Source of the DNA: an uncultured Desulfosarcina sp.
GTDB lineage: Bacteria > Desulfobacterota > Desulfobacteria > Desulfobacterales > Desulfosarcinaceae
Reading direction: 5' to 3'
Assembly (NCBI GenBank): GCA_963674945.2
Contig: CAXXWQ010000001.1
Location: forward strand, 224,001-288,000
Length of the DNA stretch: 64,000 bases
Of the stretch, positions 20,097 to 34,012 are shown in pieces. The notes under the pieces were generated by a model. The model saw nothing but the letters and a program-made list of their open reading frames with translations. It was not told where the DNA came from and searched no databases. Within the stretch, counting starts at the first letter, position 1; every line of letters starts with the position of its first letter. Made by a program: the position numbers and the translations under genes.

Positions 20097-20696
20097 ATGG
20101 CAATGATTGCATTAATGGAAGGGACGAAGCGTCGGCTGTATACCTTGATTCAGGTTTTACTTTCCGGGACGCTCATCGGAATTTGCCATGAAAGTCTGAT
20201 CGGTTTTGCCGGATGGAATGCACCCGGCATGGGCGGTCTTATCGGCGTGATTCATGGTTTTACGAAATCCACCTTGATCGGGCTGCTGGAAATCTTCGCC
20301 GTACGAACGAAAATGGGGCGTCGTTTACAGCGGGCGCCATTCACCATGATTGTGGTCGTCAAAGGGTCTCTCTATGGTATGGTCATCGTTGCGGTCGAAC
20401 TCGGCCAAATTGGTGAACGCCTGATCATGGGGTATGTGAAAGAGCCACTATTCCAGAATCCAATGTGGCGGATGACCATTGTCTTCTCCGTTGTGTTTAC
20501 ATTCGTGTTCATTTTTGTGCTGCAGGTCAGCCAGCTCGTGGGAAGGCAAACGCTTCGTGACCTTGTACTCGGGCGTTATCACCATTCACGGACCGAATCG
20601 CCTGCCTTTTTGTTGAAGACACGTTTCACACCTCGTCTTTTGCCAACGCTCTTTTTATGGCTACTCCGAGTTCTAAAATCGTGTATGGTTTCTTGA
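20097..20696 (+). pseudogene. Probable truncated membrane adenylate/guanylate cyclase (membrane anchor only)
   Basis: Four TM segments ending QVSQLVG..LRDLVLGRYHHSRTE, the linker that normally precedes a cyclase domain; the frame then runs into the 3' end of the convergent kinase. Confidence 0.55.
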
Positions 20697-22899
20697 TGTA
20701 TTGGCCGGCACCCAATGCCTTGGTTTGTCTCACCCTTTCGGTTTCCGCATATCCACTGGCGATGATCGTTTTTTGTTCGGGACAAAATTGTTTGATACGT
20801 CGAAAGGTCTCATAACCGTCGATTCCCGGGTCCATAATCATGTCCAGAATCAGAAGGTCGGCGGAGTTGTTCTTAAGATATTCGATGGCCGCCTCCCCAC
20901 TGGCCACGGAAGTTGCAGTATAGCCAAGTTTCGTTATGATACCCGTGGCGATCTCCCGTTGTACCGCCATATCGTCGACGACGAGAATCGACTCGCCACG
21001 GCCGGTAACGTCAGAAGATTCATGTTCTCCATGGCCCGTATCGACATGGTCCCGTGTGGCGGGAAAAAAGAGGTCGATCGTCGTCCCCTGCCCCTCTTCG
21101 CTTCGAAGGTCGATATAGCCACCATGGTCCTTTATGGTTCCCCACACCACGGCCATACCGAGGCCCGATCCGTTTCTACCCATTATTTTTTTTGTGTAGA
21201 AGGGTTCGAAAATCCGATTTCGATCCGTTTCGGATATTCCCACGCCGGAGTCGGAGATGGTGACCACGGCGTACTCCCCCTCTTCCACCACATCGAATCC
21301 GGTGACTTGTTTGTCCGCATATCGGTTGGCGGTGACGATTTCGATCCTGCCGCCATCGGTAATGGATTCCACGGCATTTGTGATCAGGTTGCCGATGGCC
21401 TTCATGATTTGAACCGTTGAACCGTGTACGGAAAGCAGATCGGGACACTGATCGGTGGAAACGTTTATGGAAGGGTGTTGATTCAAAAGGAATTGGATGT
21501 CGGCGGAGTGAAGACAACTGGTGATGAGGCGGTTCAGATCGACCAATTCGCTCGTCTGGACTCCGCGACGCGCCAGGGCCAGCAGATCCTGGACCACGGC
21601 CGTGGCGTTTTCACCGGATTGCTTGATGGTCATCAAAGGTTTTCGCAAGGAGCTATCTTCCGAAAGGTCCATCAAAAGCAACTCCGGGTAGCTGACGATG
21701 CCGCTTAGGATATTGTTCAGATCATGGGCCACGCCACCTGCCAAGGTTCCCAATGCCTCCATTTTCTGCATGCGTACCAGTTGTTCTTCTAAAAGCTTCG
21801 AGGCGGTAATGTCTACCAAAACACCTTGAATTCCCCTTTTATGAGCGTTTTCCGATATGGGACGGGCGCTGATACGACACCATTTGATTTCGCCGGTTTT
21901 GGTGAGAAGCCGGTATTCACGCTGTTCGAGATTTCTTCTCATTGCCAGATCAAAGTCACTTCTTATCTGCTGTCGATCTTCTGGGTGCACGTAGCTACAA
22001 AAACTTTTTCCGAGCATTTCAGCGGTAAGGTGCCCCAGGCTTTTCTCGATGACCGGACTGATGTAGGTGATTTGACCGTTGCCGTCTATGGCATAAATGA
22101 CATCATTGATATTTTCCACCAGATCCCGGTATTTCTCCTCGCTCTTTTGAAGCTGTCCGTTGGTATTGATCAACTGGGCCGTCCGCTGGTCGACGATCTC
22201 CTCGACCTTCTCTTTCTGACGACGCAAGTCTGCCTGGGCTGCCTTGCGCTGATGAACCTCGTGGCGGAGATGATCGATTAAATCTTCTCTTTCGTATTGC
22301 AACGTCAACAGGTGAAGAATATTTTTATGCACTCTTCTTGCCGCCAGGCTGATCACGACCAGAAAGAAAATGCCCATGGCCCCCACCGCGGCATGGATTT
22401 CGTCCCCTGTCATCAAAAACCGGCCGATGAGAGGAGAAAGGGTGGGGATGGAAAAGAGGTAGAAAGCCGTCATGATGGAGGAAAACACCCCCACCGCCCC
22501 GGCCACCATGCCGGCTACGATGATGGCCATAAATGCCTGATGGCCGGTGGAACCAGCTGGATATAAGAAAATCGCAGTCGATCCCCAAAAAAGGCCGGCA
22601 AGGAATATGGTCGCGTTGAACCAATTGTTCCAATATGCCGGATTCGAGAATTGTGTCGCGGACTTCTGGTAATGCCTATTGCATGTCAAACGGATGATGA
22701 TAACCAATAGTGCCGCGACCAGCCATAGGGTAAGGGCAACAGGGGAAACATGTCTTCTGACGATAAACGCCAGGATGATACTTCCGACCATGGTTGACGT
22801 CACGCCGAGAGTTGTATTGGCGTATTGTATACGAACCTGTTCCGCAAACAGATGGCGCTTTTTCTGGGACGATATCTGGTAATGGGAATCGCTTTTCAT
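20626..22899 (-). CDS. Hybrid sensor histidine kinase (TM-PAS-HisKA-HATPase-receiver)
   Basis: PAS YVHPEDR; H-box GVAHDLNN; NLITNA, DSGVG, FEPFYTK and GSGLG; receiver VVDD, LDMIM, KP. Confidence 0.93.
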   Translation of the reverse strand: MKSDSHYQISSQKKRHLFAEQVRIQYANTTLGVTSTMVGSIILAFIVRRHVSPVALTLWLVAALLVIIIRLTCNRHYQKSATQFSNPAYWNNWFNATIFLAGLFWGSTAIFLYPAGSTGHQAFMAIIVAGMVAGAVGVFSSIMTAFYLFSIPTLSPLIGRFLMTGDEIHAAVGAMGIFFLVVISLAARRVHKNILHLLTLQYEREDLIDHLRHEVHQRKAAQADLRRQKEKVEEIVDQRTAQLINTNGQLQKSEEKYRDLVENINDVIYAIDGNGQITYISPVIEKSLGHLTAEMLGKSFCSYVHPEDRQQIRSDFDLAMRRNLEQREYRLLTKTGEIKWCRISARPISENAHKRGIQGVLVDITASKLLEEQLVRMQKMEALGTLAGGVAHDLNNILSGIVSYPELLLMDLSEDSSLRKPLMTIKQSGENATAVVQDLLALARRGVQTSELVDLNRLITSCLHSADIQFLLNQHPSINVSTDQCPDLLSVHGSTVQIMKAIGNLITNAVESITDGGRIEIVTANRYADKQVTGFDVVEEGEYAVVTISDSGVGISETDRNRIFEPFYTKKIMGRNGSGLGMAVVWGTIKDHGGYIDLRSEEGQGTTIDLFFPATRDHVDTGHGEHESSDVTGRGESILVVDDMAVQREIATGIITKLGYTATSVASGEAAIEYLKNNSADLLILDMIMDPGIDGYETFRRIKQFCPEQKTIIASGYAETERVRQTKALGAGQYIKKPYTILELGVAIKRALAKDEV

Positions 22900-23063
22900 C
22901 GTTACTTTATTATCGGAAGATTGTAGCCCCGTAAACAGGAAAATGGTAAACGGTTCGAGAGGGATCGTGGCGGATGCGCCGGTTTTTCGTCCACCATCGT
23001 TGACCCGAGGCGTCTATCCCCCTATTTTTTTAAAAATCTTTGAATTCTCAATAGGCGGTTCAG

Positions 23064-24446
23064 ATGGACATTCAGGCAGAACGCATCTCAGAGCTCAATA
23101 CGAAGGGGGTTCGAAAGGGAGAGTGGGTCCTTTACTGGATGCAACAGTCCCAGCGGGCCCATGACAATCCGGCACTGGAATATGCCATCGATGAGGCCAA
23201 TCGCCTGGACCTTCCCGTTTTGGTGCTCTTCGTACTCACCGACGATTACCCCGAGGCAAACGGTCGTCATTACCGATTCATGTTGGAGGGGCTGGCCGAT
23301 ACCAGAAAACTGTTGGCCAAACGCCGAATCGGCCTGGTTGTTCGAAAGGGTTCCGTCGAAACGGTGGTCCCCCTCCTCTCGAAAGAGGCGGCGCTGCTGG
23401 TATGTGATGTGGGCTACACCCGGCATCAGCGTCTCTGGCGGCAGTGTTTGGCACAATCGGTATCATGCCGAACCGTGGCCGTGGAGGGTGATGTGGTGGT
23501 ACCGGTCCGGATGACATCGGGCAAACGGGAATATGCGGCCCGCACCATACGCCCCAAGATCCAGCGTCAGATACAACAATTTTTGGTTCCCTTTCCACGC
23601 TATCGCCCCAGGTATGCGTCCGTGGAAACGGGCCTGGAGAGTCTGGACCCGGAAAACATCGAAGGCATTTTGGGGCAATTGGCCATCGATATGTCGGTCC
23701 CGCCCGTCTCCGTCTTTTTTAAAGGCGGCCCCTCGGAGGCCAAGAAGCGCCTTCGCCGATTCATTCGCAAGCATTTGGTGAATTACGAGAAGAATCGAAA
23801 TCAGCCCCAGACCGATGATATTTCTCAGATGAGTCCTTACCTGCACTTCGGTCAAATCGCACCGGTGCGGTTGGCACTGGAGATCGAAATTTCCGGCATG
23901 GGAACCGATAAGGACCGGGCCGCCTACCTGGAGGAGCTCATCGTTCGCCGGGAACTTGCCATCAATTTCGTATTTTATACCGACGATCACGATCGATACA
24001 CCTGCCTGCCCGATTGGGCACGAAAAACCCTCGCCACCCACGAAACGGACCGACGTAAAAACATCTACGACCGGCGGGAACTGGAAGACGGCCACACCCA
24101 TGATCCGTACTGGAACGCGGCCATGTCCGAAATGCGCGATACCGGTTTCATGCACAATTACATGCGCATGTATTGGGGAAAGAAGATACTGGAGTGGTCT
24201 TCTTCCCCTCAAACCGCCTATGAAACGGCAATTTACCTGAACAACCGGTATTTTCTCGACGGTCGCGATCCAAATTCCTATGCCGGCATCGGATGGATCT
24301 TCGGCCTGCACGACCGTGCCTGGTTCCAGCGGGAGATCTTCGGAACGGTGCGGTACATGGCGGCATCGGGGCTGGAGCGAAAATGCGATATCGGCGCCTA
24401 TGTGGACAAGGTACGCCGACTTGGACGATTGGTCCGGGAACGATAA
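23064..24446 (+). CDS. phrB: Deoxyribodipyrimidine photolyase (class II CPD photolyase)
   Basis: VLYWM..QRAHDNPAL, EYAARTIRPKI, SPYLHFGQI, EELIVRREL, THDPYWNAA, MHNYMRMYWGKKI and DGRDPN motifs. Confidence 0.93.
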   Translation: MDIQAERISELNTKGVRKGEWVLYWMQQSQRAHDNPALEYAIDEANRLDLPVLVLFVLTDDYPEANGRHYRFMLEGLADTRKLLAKRRIGLVVRKGSVETVVPLLSKEAALLVCDVGYTRHQRLWRQCLAQSVSCRTVAVEGDVVVPVRMTSGKREYAARTIRPKIQRQIQQFLVPFPRYRPRYASVETGLESLDPENIEGILGQLAIDMSVPPVSVFFKGGPSEAKKRLRRFIRKHLVNYEKNRNQPQTDDISQMSPYLHFGQIAPVRLALEIEISGMGTDKDRAAYLEELIVRRELAINFVFYTDDHDRYTCLPDWARKTLATHETDRRKNIYDRRELEDGHTHDPYWNAAMSEMRDTGFMHNYMRMYWGKKILEWSSSPQTAYETAIYLNNRYFLDGRDPNSYAGIGWIFGLHDRAWFQREIFGTVRYMAASGLERKCDIGAYVDKVRRLGRLVRER

Positions 24447-24465
24447 GACATCTTCTCCAATTGTC

Positions 24466-24987
24466 TCATTGTTTCTGCAGAACCGGTGGTTGGATCGAGA
24501 CACGGTCTCCCTCTTCGATGCCACGTGTCCGGAACCAGTTTTGATTCACCTCAAGGGCATAGACCGCGGGCTTTCTGGAACGGTACCGGATTTCGGTTTG
24601 GTCGGGCTGCATTTTTTCGATGTTGATGATTTTTCCCGAGGCGTCGAGAAATGCGATGCTTAAGGGGATCTTCGTGTTTTTCATCCAGAACACCAGATCC
24701 CTGGGGGACGGATAGACGAACAACATGCCCCGATCTTCATCGAGGGAAAAGCGGCCCGACAATCCGCGTGAACGGGATTTCGGGGTGTCGGCCCATTCCA
24801 CGAGCAATTTCATTCCGTTGATGGAAATTGTGGTGGTGGTAAGCGAAAGCGGGCAGGCAGTGAAAGAATCGGCTTTGCCGATCCAGGCGATGAGAATGAG
24901 AAAGAGAAATGCGACTTTCACACCATCGGTGGCAGTGACGTACCGTGATTTTGAATTTCTATTTTTCCGAGTTGTAGAATCGATCAT
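24466..24987 (-). CDS. DUF192 domain protein
   Basis: VEWADTP..RSRGL, GMLFVY, FWMKNTKIPLSIAF and YALEVN motifs; start inferred at MIDST. Confidence 0.88.
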   Translation of the reverse strand: MIDSTTRKNRNSKSRYVTATDGVKVAFLFLILIAWIGKADSFTACPLSLTTTTISINGMKLLVEWADTPKSRSRGLSGRFSLDEDRGMLFVYPSPRDLVFWMKNTKIPLSIAFLDASGKIINIEKMQPDQTEIRYRSRKPAVYALEVNQNWFRTRGIEEGDRVSIQPPVLQKQ

Positions 24988-25778
24988 TCGGCTTTTTCCG
25001 CTTCGCCGCCGGTTTCGGCCGCCGCACGGTCCGCGATGCGATTGATGGTGGCTGCCGCGTAACCGGCGCCGTAGCCGTTGTCGATATTGACCACGGTGAC
25101 GCCGTTGGCACAGGAGTTGAGCATGGTGAGCAAGGCTGCGATGCCGCCGAAGCTGGCCCCATATCCCACACTGGTGGGGACGGCGATCACCGGCTTGTCC
25201 GTCAGGCCTGCCGCCACACTGGGCAATGCACCGTCCATGCCCGCCACGGCCACCACGACGCTGGCCGCCTCGATTTTGTCCCGGTTTGCCAGCAGTCTGT
25301 GGATCCCGGCCACGCCCACATCGGCGAGCCGCACCACCCGGTTTCCCATCACCTCGGCTGTTACGGCCGCCTCCTCGGCTACCGCAATGTCCGAGGTGCC
25401 GGCGCACATGACCAGGATGGTGGTTCGGGTCGGCTCCACGGCTTTTCGGTTTATTACCACGATCCGCGCCGCCTCGTGATACTCCACACGGTCGCCAAGG
25501 GAGGCGAGGGCTTCATAGACGCAGCGGTCCGCCCGGGTGGCCATAATATTGGCATCCTTTTCCATCAGTCGGCGGGCGATGCCGACGATTTGATCGGTTG
25601 TCTTTCCCGGGCTGTAGATGGTTTCCGGATGGCCGGTTCGAAGGGCGCGATGATAGTCCACCTTGGCATACCCCAGCTCGGCGTAGGGCAGGTCTCGAAG
25701 CGCCGCCATCGCCTGATCCACCGGCATTTCGCCGTCTTTTACCTGCTGTAGAAGCGTCTTTAAACGGTGGGTGTTCAT
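24984..25778 (-). CDS. larB: Nickel-pincer cofactor biosynthesis carboxylase LarB (PurE-like)
   Basis: AKVDYHR..RTG.PE, AGTSD..VAEEA, DVGVAGIHRL, AGMDGALPS, VPTSVGYG and VVNIDNGYGA motifs. Confidence 0.9.
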   Translation of the reverse strand: MNTHRLKTLLQQVKDGEMPVDQAMAALRDLPYAELGYAKVDYHRALRTGHPETIYSPGKTTDQIVGIARRLMEKDANIMATRADRCVYEALASLGDRVEYHEAARIVVINRKAVEPTRTTILVMCAGTSDIAVAEEAAVTAEVMGNRVVRLADVGVAGIHRLLANRDKIEAASVVVAVAGMDGALPSVAAGLTDKPVIAVPTSVGYGASFGGIAALLTMLNSCANGVTVVNIDNGYGAGYAAATINRIADRAAAETGGEAEKAE

Positions 25779-25868
25779 GGCAATTCCTTTTGTCCTGGAA
25801 CACACTGGCACTGGCAACTGATTTTATAGGGCAAACAGGGATCGGTAAAGCAAAAATCGAAAGAAGAG

Positions 25869-26043
25869 TGATCAACTCGTAAAAAGTCGGGTTTCGGACG
25901 GCTTCGTAAAAAGTTCGAGATCAAGGCTTGCGGGTCCCGAGAATACCGTTATCGCGGGTGCCGAAGGCAGTGTATTTTCGATACGTCGCAGTGACGAGGG
26001 ATGAAGCGAAACGCCGATATCGGACTTTTTACGAAGCCGTCAA
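25869..26043. mobile_element. Inverted-repeat element, copy 2 (opposite orientation)
   Basis: Half-site tgatcaactcgtaaaaagt at 25869, then GACGGCTTCGTAAAAAGT (25897)...ACTTTTTACGAAGCCGTC (26041). Confidence 0.8.
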
Positions 26044-26046
26044 CGA

Positions 26047-26085
26047 AACAGGGCCGCCTTCCCATGGTGAGGGAAGACGACCCTG
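26047..26085 (-). terminator. Probable intrinsic terminator downstream of PFOR
   Basis: Hairpin cagggccgccttccc/gggaagacgaccctg (G-U pairs on the minus strand) followed by a short T run. Confidence 0.5.
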
Positions 26086-26115
26086 ATGGTTTTCGAAAAA
26101 GAGCCTTAAGAGAAC

Positions 26116-29817
<3,702 letters not shown>

Positions 29818-29959
29818 TCAGGGGAGATCGCCGCCAAATCAACGATAACGGCACAGCAATGTGTGAGATAGCACGGATATCGATAACGTGGCCTATTTGC
29901 CATCGTATGATTTAAAAAGATGCAAATAGATCATATTATGACAGATTTGGCAAGCAGTT

Positions 29960-31849
29960 TTATTTTGTATCCGCCAGTTCGTCGAAACGGCATTTGAGCA
30001 TCAGCGCATCTCCATCGAAGGAGGTGACCACCTTGTAGGGGAGTGTTTTGAACAGGGCGATCATGGCTTTGTTTTGGGGCGACGTGTAGGCGATCAATCC
30101 GGATATGCCGTTTTCACGGGCGGCCCTTGCCAGTTTACGGATGAACAGCTTTCCCAGTCCTTTCCCCTGATACTCCTTCGAGATGGAGAAGGCCACTTCG
30201 GCGATGTTGCTCTCCATTAGGAGCAGGTACTCTCCGACGCCCACCACCTTGCCGTAGCCGAATTCGCCCACCACTGCGACGAGCGTGAGATCCTTGATAT
30301 AGTCGATCTGGGAGCGGGTCTCCACGACGCTGCGGTCGAAGCTGATCTTGTCATGAAAGAAACGAAGCTGAACGTCCTTTTTATCCAGTGAGTAATAGTG
30401 TTCCTGGATTCGTCGTTCATCCACCGGTTTGGAGGGCCGAATGGTGATCTCCTCACCGTCGCGGGTGATGGTCTCCTCCAGATGGATGGGATAGATACCC
30501 TTGGTGGCCTCTCCCAGGCGGCGGTCACTGCCGATCAGTTTTGCCTCCTTGGCCGCATCGAACAGATAATCCCGATGGTCGGGGTGGGCGATGCCGATCA
30601 TTGCCAAGACCCGTTCCTGGAGACTTTTGCCCATGAGATTCACCGCACCGTATTCGGTGACCACATAGTGAACGTCGCCCCTGGGAACCACCACGGAGGC
30701 GTGATCCAATACCGGCACGATATTGCTTTGCTTGCCGTCCAGGGATGTCGAGTAGAGGACGAGGATCGCCTTTCCGCCCTTGGACCTTTTGGCACCGCGA
30801 ACGAAATCGGGAATTCCGGAAACCCCTGCGTATAAGGTGTGCTCGGCGGCTTCGGCGGCGACCTGTCCCGTCAGGTCTATGGAGTGGGCGACATTGATGG
30901 AGATCATGCGGCGGTGCTGAGCGATGATAAAAGGGTCGTTCACGTAATCCGACGGCCGGAAATCCACGCCTGGATTGTCATGGAGAAATTCATAGAGGTT
31001 CTGGCTGCCGATGGCACACGAGGCCACCAGCTTGCCCTCATTGATTCCCTTTTTGCGGTTGGTGATTACCCCCGCGGCGTATAGGTGCATGACATGATCG
31101 GTGATGTACTGGGAGTGAAATCCCAGGTCGTTCTTGTCCTCAAGGATTTCGGCCGTGGCCTGGGAAGCGGCATCGAGTCCGATCTGGAGGGTGGATCCGT
31201 CCTCGATGAACCGTCTGATGTGTTTGCCGAGGCGTTCGGCGGTTTCGGTTCTCTCCCGGGGCGTGATGGTCAAGATGGGCTCTTCATATTCTACGATCAC
31301 ATGAACGTCGTTGACGTGAATGAAGCTTTCCCCCATGGTCCGGGGCATCCTGGGATTGACTTGGGCAATGACCAGGTCGGCGCTCTGGGCGGCGGCCAGG
31401 GTGATGTCCACGGAAATACCCAGACTCATCCAACCGAAGTCGTCGGGCGGCGATACCTGAACCAGGGCAACGTGGATGGGAAGCTTTCGGGAATGGAACA
31501 TGCTCGGTACTTCCGACATGTTCATGGGGGTGATAAACCGCATGTAGCGGGCGATTTTTTCCGTGTCCGCCGATCCCAGGTAGATGGTGCGGATGTTGAG
31601 GCTGTAATCGTGGGTTTTGTCGGCAATTTCGGACAGGGAGATGGTTTCCCGGCTCATGAGCCGGACAATTTCCAATCCGTTGATCCTAAAGGCAGCCGCT
31701 GAAAGGGCACGAACCAGTGCCTGTGGCTCGCCGCAGGCGCTTTGGATGAATACCCGTTTGCCCGGGCGAATCATGGCGATGGCCGCCTCTGGTGATCGCC
31801 TTTTTTCCACGTAGGTATCGGCCCAATAGATTGACCGTTTCATCGCCAT
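29960..31849 (-). CDS. Acetyl-CoA hydrolase/CoA-transferase-family domain fused to a C-terminal GNAT acetyltransferase
   Basis: VSPPDDFG..SLG, AQVNPRMPRT.G, DGSTLQIG, IDLTGQV, VVTEYG and IAHPDHR; GNAT AEVAF...YQGKGLG. Confidence 0.9.
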   Translation of the reverse strand: MAMKRSIYWADTYVEKRRSPEAAIAMIRPGKRVFIQSACGEPQALVRALSAAAFRINGLEIVRLMSRETISLSEIADKTHDYSLNIRTIYLGSADTEKIARYMRFITPMNMSEVPSMFHSRKLPIHVALVQVSPPDDFGWMSLGISVDITLAAAQSADLVIAQVNPRMPRTMGESFIHVNDVHVIVEYEEPILTITPRERTETAERLGKHIRRFIEDGSTLQIGLDAASQATAEILEDKNDLGFHSQYITDHVMHLYAAGVITNRKKGINEGKLVASCAIGSQNLYEFLHDNPGVDFRPSDYVNDPFIIAQHRRMISINVAHSIDLTGQVAAEAAEHTLYAGVSGIPDFVRGAKRSKGGKAILVLYSTSLDGKQSNIVPVLDHASVVVPRGDVHYVVTEYGAVNLMGKSLQERVLAMIGIAHPDHRDYLFDAAKEAKLIGSDRRLGEATKGIYPIHLEETITRDGEEITIRPSKPVDERRIQEHYYSLDKKDVQLRFFHDKISFDRSVVETRSQIDYIKDLTLVAVVGEFGYGKVVGVGEYLLLMESNIAEVAFSISKEYQGKGLGKLFIRKLARAARENGISGLIAYTSPQNKAMIALFKTLPYKVVTSFDGDALMLKCRFDELADTK

Positions 31850-31858
31850 CCTCCTTAT

Positions 31859-34012
31859 CTATATCGCACTTGGTTCGAGGATAAATCGGCAGTCCGCCAC
31901 CGTGACGCCCTTTCCCTCGGGATGTACCAGCAACGGGTTGATGTCCAATTCCTTGATTTCCGGATGGTTCGTCACCAGATCGGAGAGCCCCACCAGCATG
32001 CGTTCGATGGTTGCAATATCGGTCTTTAGTTCACCGCGGTATCCGGAAAGCAGTTTGTGGCCTTTGATGCTGCGTACCATATTTCGTGCATCGTTTCGGG
32101 TCAGTGGCGCCATGCGGAAGGCGACGTCCTGAAACACCTCTACGAAGATTCCCCCGATGCCGAACATGATCAGGGGACCGAAAATAGGGTAGCGGGTCAT
32201 TCCCAGGATCACTTCGTGGCCTTTGGGCGCCATTTTCTGAATCAGCACACCGGTAATTTGTGCATCGGGGGCGAAGGTTTTGGCGTTATTCACGATTGTT
32301 TCATAGGCCCGAATCACCGCGTCTCGATCCCCGGGGCCGACGATGACGCCACCGGCATCGGATTTGTGGATGATTTGCGGTGATACGATTTTCATGACAA
32401 CGGGATATCCCATGTCATCGGCGATGTTCCCCGCCTCCTCGGCATCGGTGGCCAGGACCGTGGGCAAGACATTGAATCCATAACATTTGAGAAGGTCGGT
32501 GCCGCCCATCTCGCCGATGTGTTGTTTCCCCTCTTCCTTGGCTTCGGCAATGATTTTGGCGGCCTGCTCCTTGTCGTGTTTGAAGGAGAAAGGGGCAAGC
32601 TGCTGGCGGTTGAGCCAGCGGGCGTATCGGTAAAGTGCACCGAAGGCCTTGGCCGCACTTTCCGGGAAGCGATACACGGGTATACCATTTTCCTGAAGGT
32701 GCTTGACACCTGCGCTGACATCGATGATGCCCATGAAACAGCAAAGAATCGGTTTGTGGGAGCGGCGGGCGATACGTACGATGGCTTCGGCCGTTCCGAT
32801 GGCATTGGTCATGCTCTGGGGGGTGAGGATCACCAGTGCGCCATCCACCCCCTCGTCCCGAATGACGGTGGTCAATGCGTTTTCGTAGCGATCCTGGGCC
32901 GCGTCACCGATGACGTCCACGGGATTGTTTACATTGGCCGTCAAAGGCAAATGGCTCCGTAGGACTTCGACGGTCTCTTCTTCGAACTTGGCCAGGGTCA
33001 ATCCGGAGGTAACGGTCATGTCCGTTGCCACGATTCCGGGGCCGCCGGCGTTGGTAACGATGGCGACGCGGTTGCCCAAGGGAACTTTGCGACGCATTTT
33101 GCCCAAGGCGCTTTCGTTTTTATAGGCGAAGGCGATTCCGAAATCGAACAGTTCGTTGATGGAATCCACCCGGATAATGCCGCTTTGCGTGAAGATGGCA
33201 TCGTAGACCGCCTCGCTGCCCGCAAGGGAGCCCGTATGGGAGGCGGCGGCCTGGGCCCCTGCGCTGGTGCGACCCGATTTGATGGCCAAAACCGGCGTCG
33301 GCCGATCGCCGCCGGTGATCTTCTTGACCGCCTCGATGAATTCGTGACCCCGCTGCAGCTCTTCGATGTAGAGCATGATCACTTCGGTTTCCGGATCTGC
33401 ATGGAAATAGCGAAGCAGGTCCAGTTCATCCACGTCGGCCTTGTTTCCGATGGAGACGAACTTGGAAAATCCAAAATCCTTGTCCGCGGCAAAATCCAAC
33501 ACCGCCGTACAGAGGGCGCCGCTCTGGGAGATGAAGGAGATGTTGCCGGGTGCCGGCATTCGGTTGGAGAAACTGGCGTTGAGGCGAACGCCTGCAAGCG
33601 GGTTGATCACACCGAGGCAGTTGGGACCCACCACACGCACACCGGCCTCGCGACACATGGCGACGATGCGATTTTCGATTTCCAGTCCTTGACCACCCAC
33701 CTCCTTGAATCCGGCGGAGACGATGACCACGGCCTTGACACCTTTTTCGATGGCATGTCCGATGGCGGTCTCGGCATGAATCGGCGGCAAGATGATGATG
33801 GCCAGATCGATGGGGTCCGGGATATCGAGAATGTCCACATATGCACGAACACTGGCAATGGATTTGGTTCTGGGGTTGACCGGATAAAGGGTGCCTGTGA
33901 AGCCGCCTTTGAGGATATTCACGAAAATGTCGTGGCCCACTTTTCCCGGTGTTCCGGAGGCGCCGACAACGGCCACCGATGTGGGGTTGAACAATGCATC
34001 GAGACCTTCCAT
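31859..34012 (-). CDS. Acetate--CoA ligase (ADP-forming), fused alpha/beta
   Basis: LFNPTSVAVVGAS, GPNCLG, ISQSGA, ASHTGSLAG (phospho-His), TNAGGPG, NNPVD, HKSDAGGV and ELDINPL motifs. Confidence 0.92.
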   Translation of the reverse strand: MEGLDALFNPTSVAVVGASGTPGKVGHDIFVNILKGGFTGTLYPVNPRTKSIASVRAYVDILDIPDPIDLAIIILPPIHAETAIGHAIEKGVKAVVIVSAGFKEVGGQGLEIENRIVAMCREAGVRVVGPNCLGVINPLAGVRLNASFSNRMPAPGNISFISQSGALCTAVLDFAADKDFGFSKFVSIGNKADVDELDLLRYFHADPETEVIMLYIEELQRGHEFIEAVKKITGGDRPTPVLAIKSGRTSAGAQAAASHTGSLAGSEAVYDAIFTQSGIIRVDSINELFDFGIAFAYKNESALGKMRRKVPLGNRVAIVTNAGGPGIVATDMTVTSGLTLAKFEEETVEVLRSHLPLTANVNNPVDVIGDAAQDRYENALTTVIRDEGVDGALVILTPQSMTNAIGTAEAIVRIARRSHKPILCCFMGIIDVSAGVKHLQENGIPVYRFPESAAKAFGALYRYARWLNRQQLAPFSFKHDKEQAAKIIAEAKEEGKQHIGEMGGTDLLKCYGFNVLPTVLATDAEEAGNIADDMGYPVVMKIVSPQIIHKSDAGGVIVGPGDRDAVIRAYETIVNNAKTFAPDAQITGVLIQKMAPKGHEVILGMTRYPIFGPLIMFGIGGIFVEVFQDVAFRMAPLTRNDARNMVRSIKGHKLLSGYRGELKTDIATIERMLVGLSDLVTNHPEIKELDINPLLVHPEGKGVTVADCRFILEPSAI

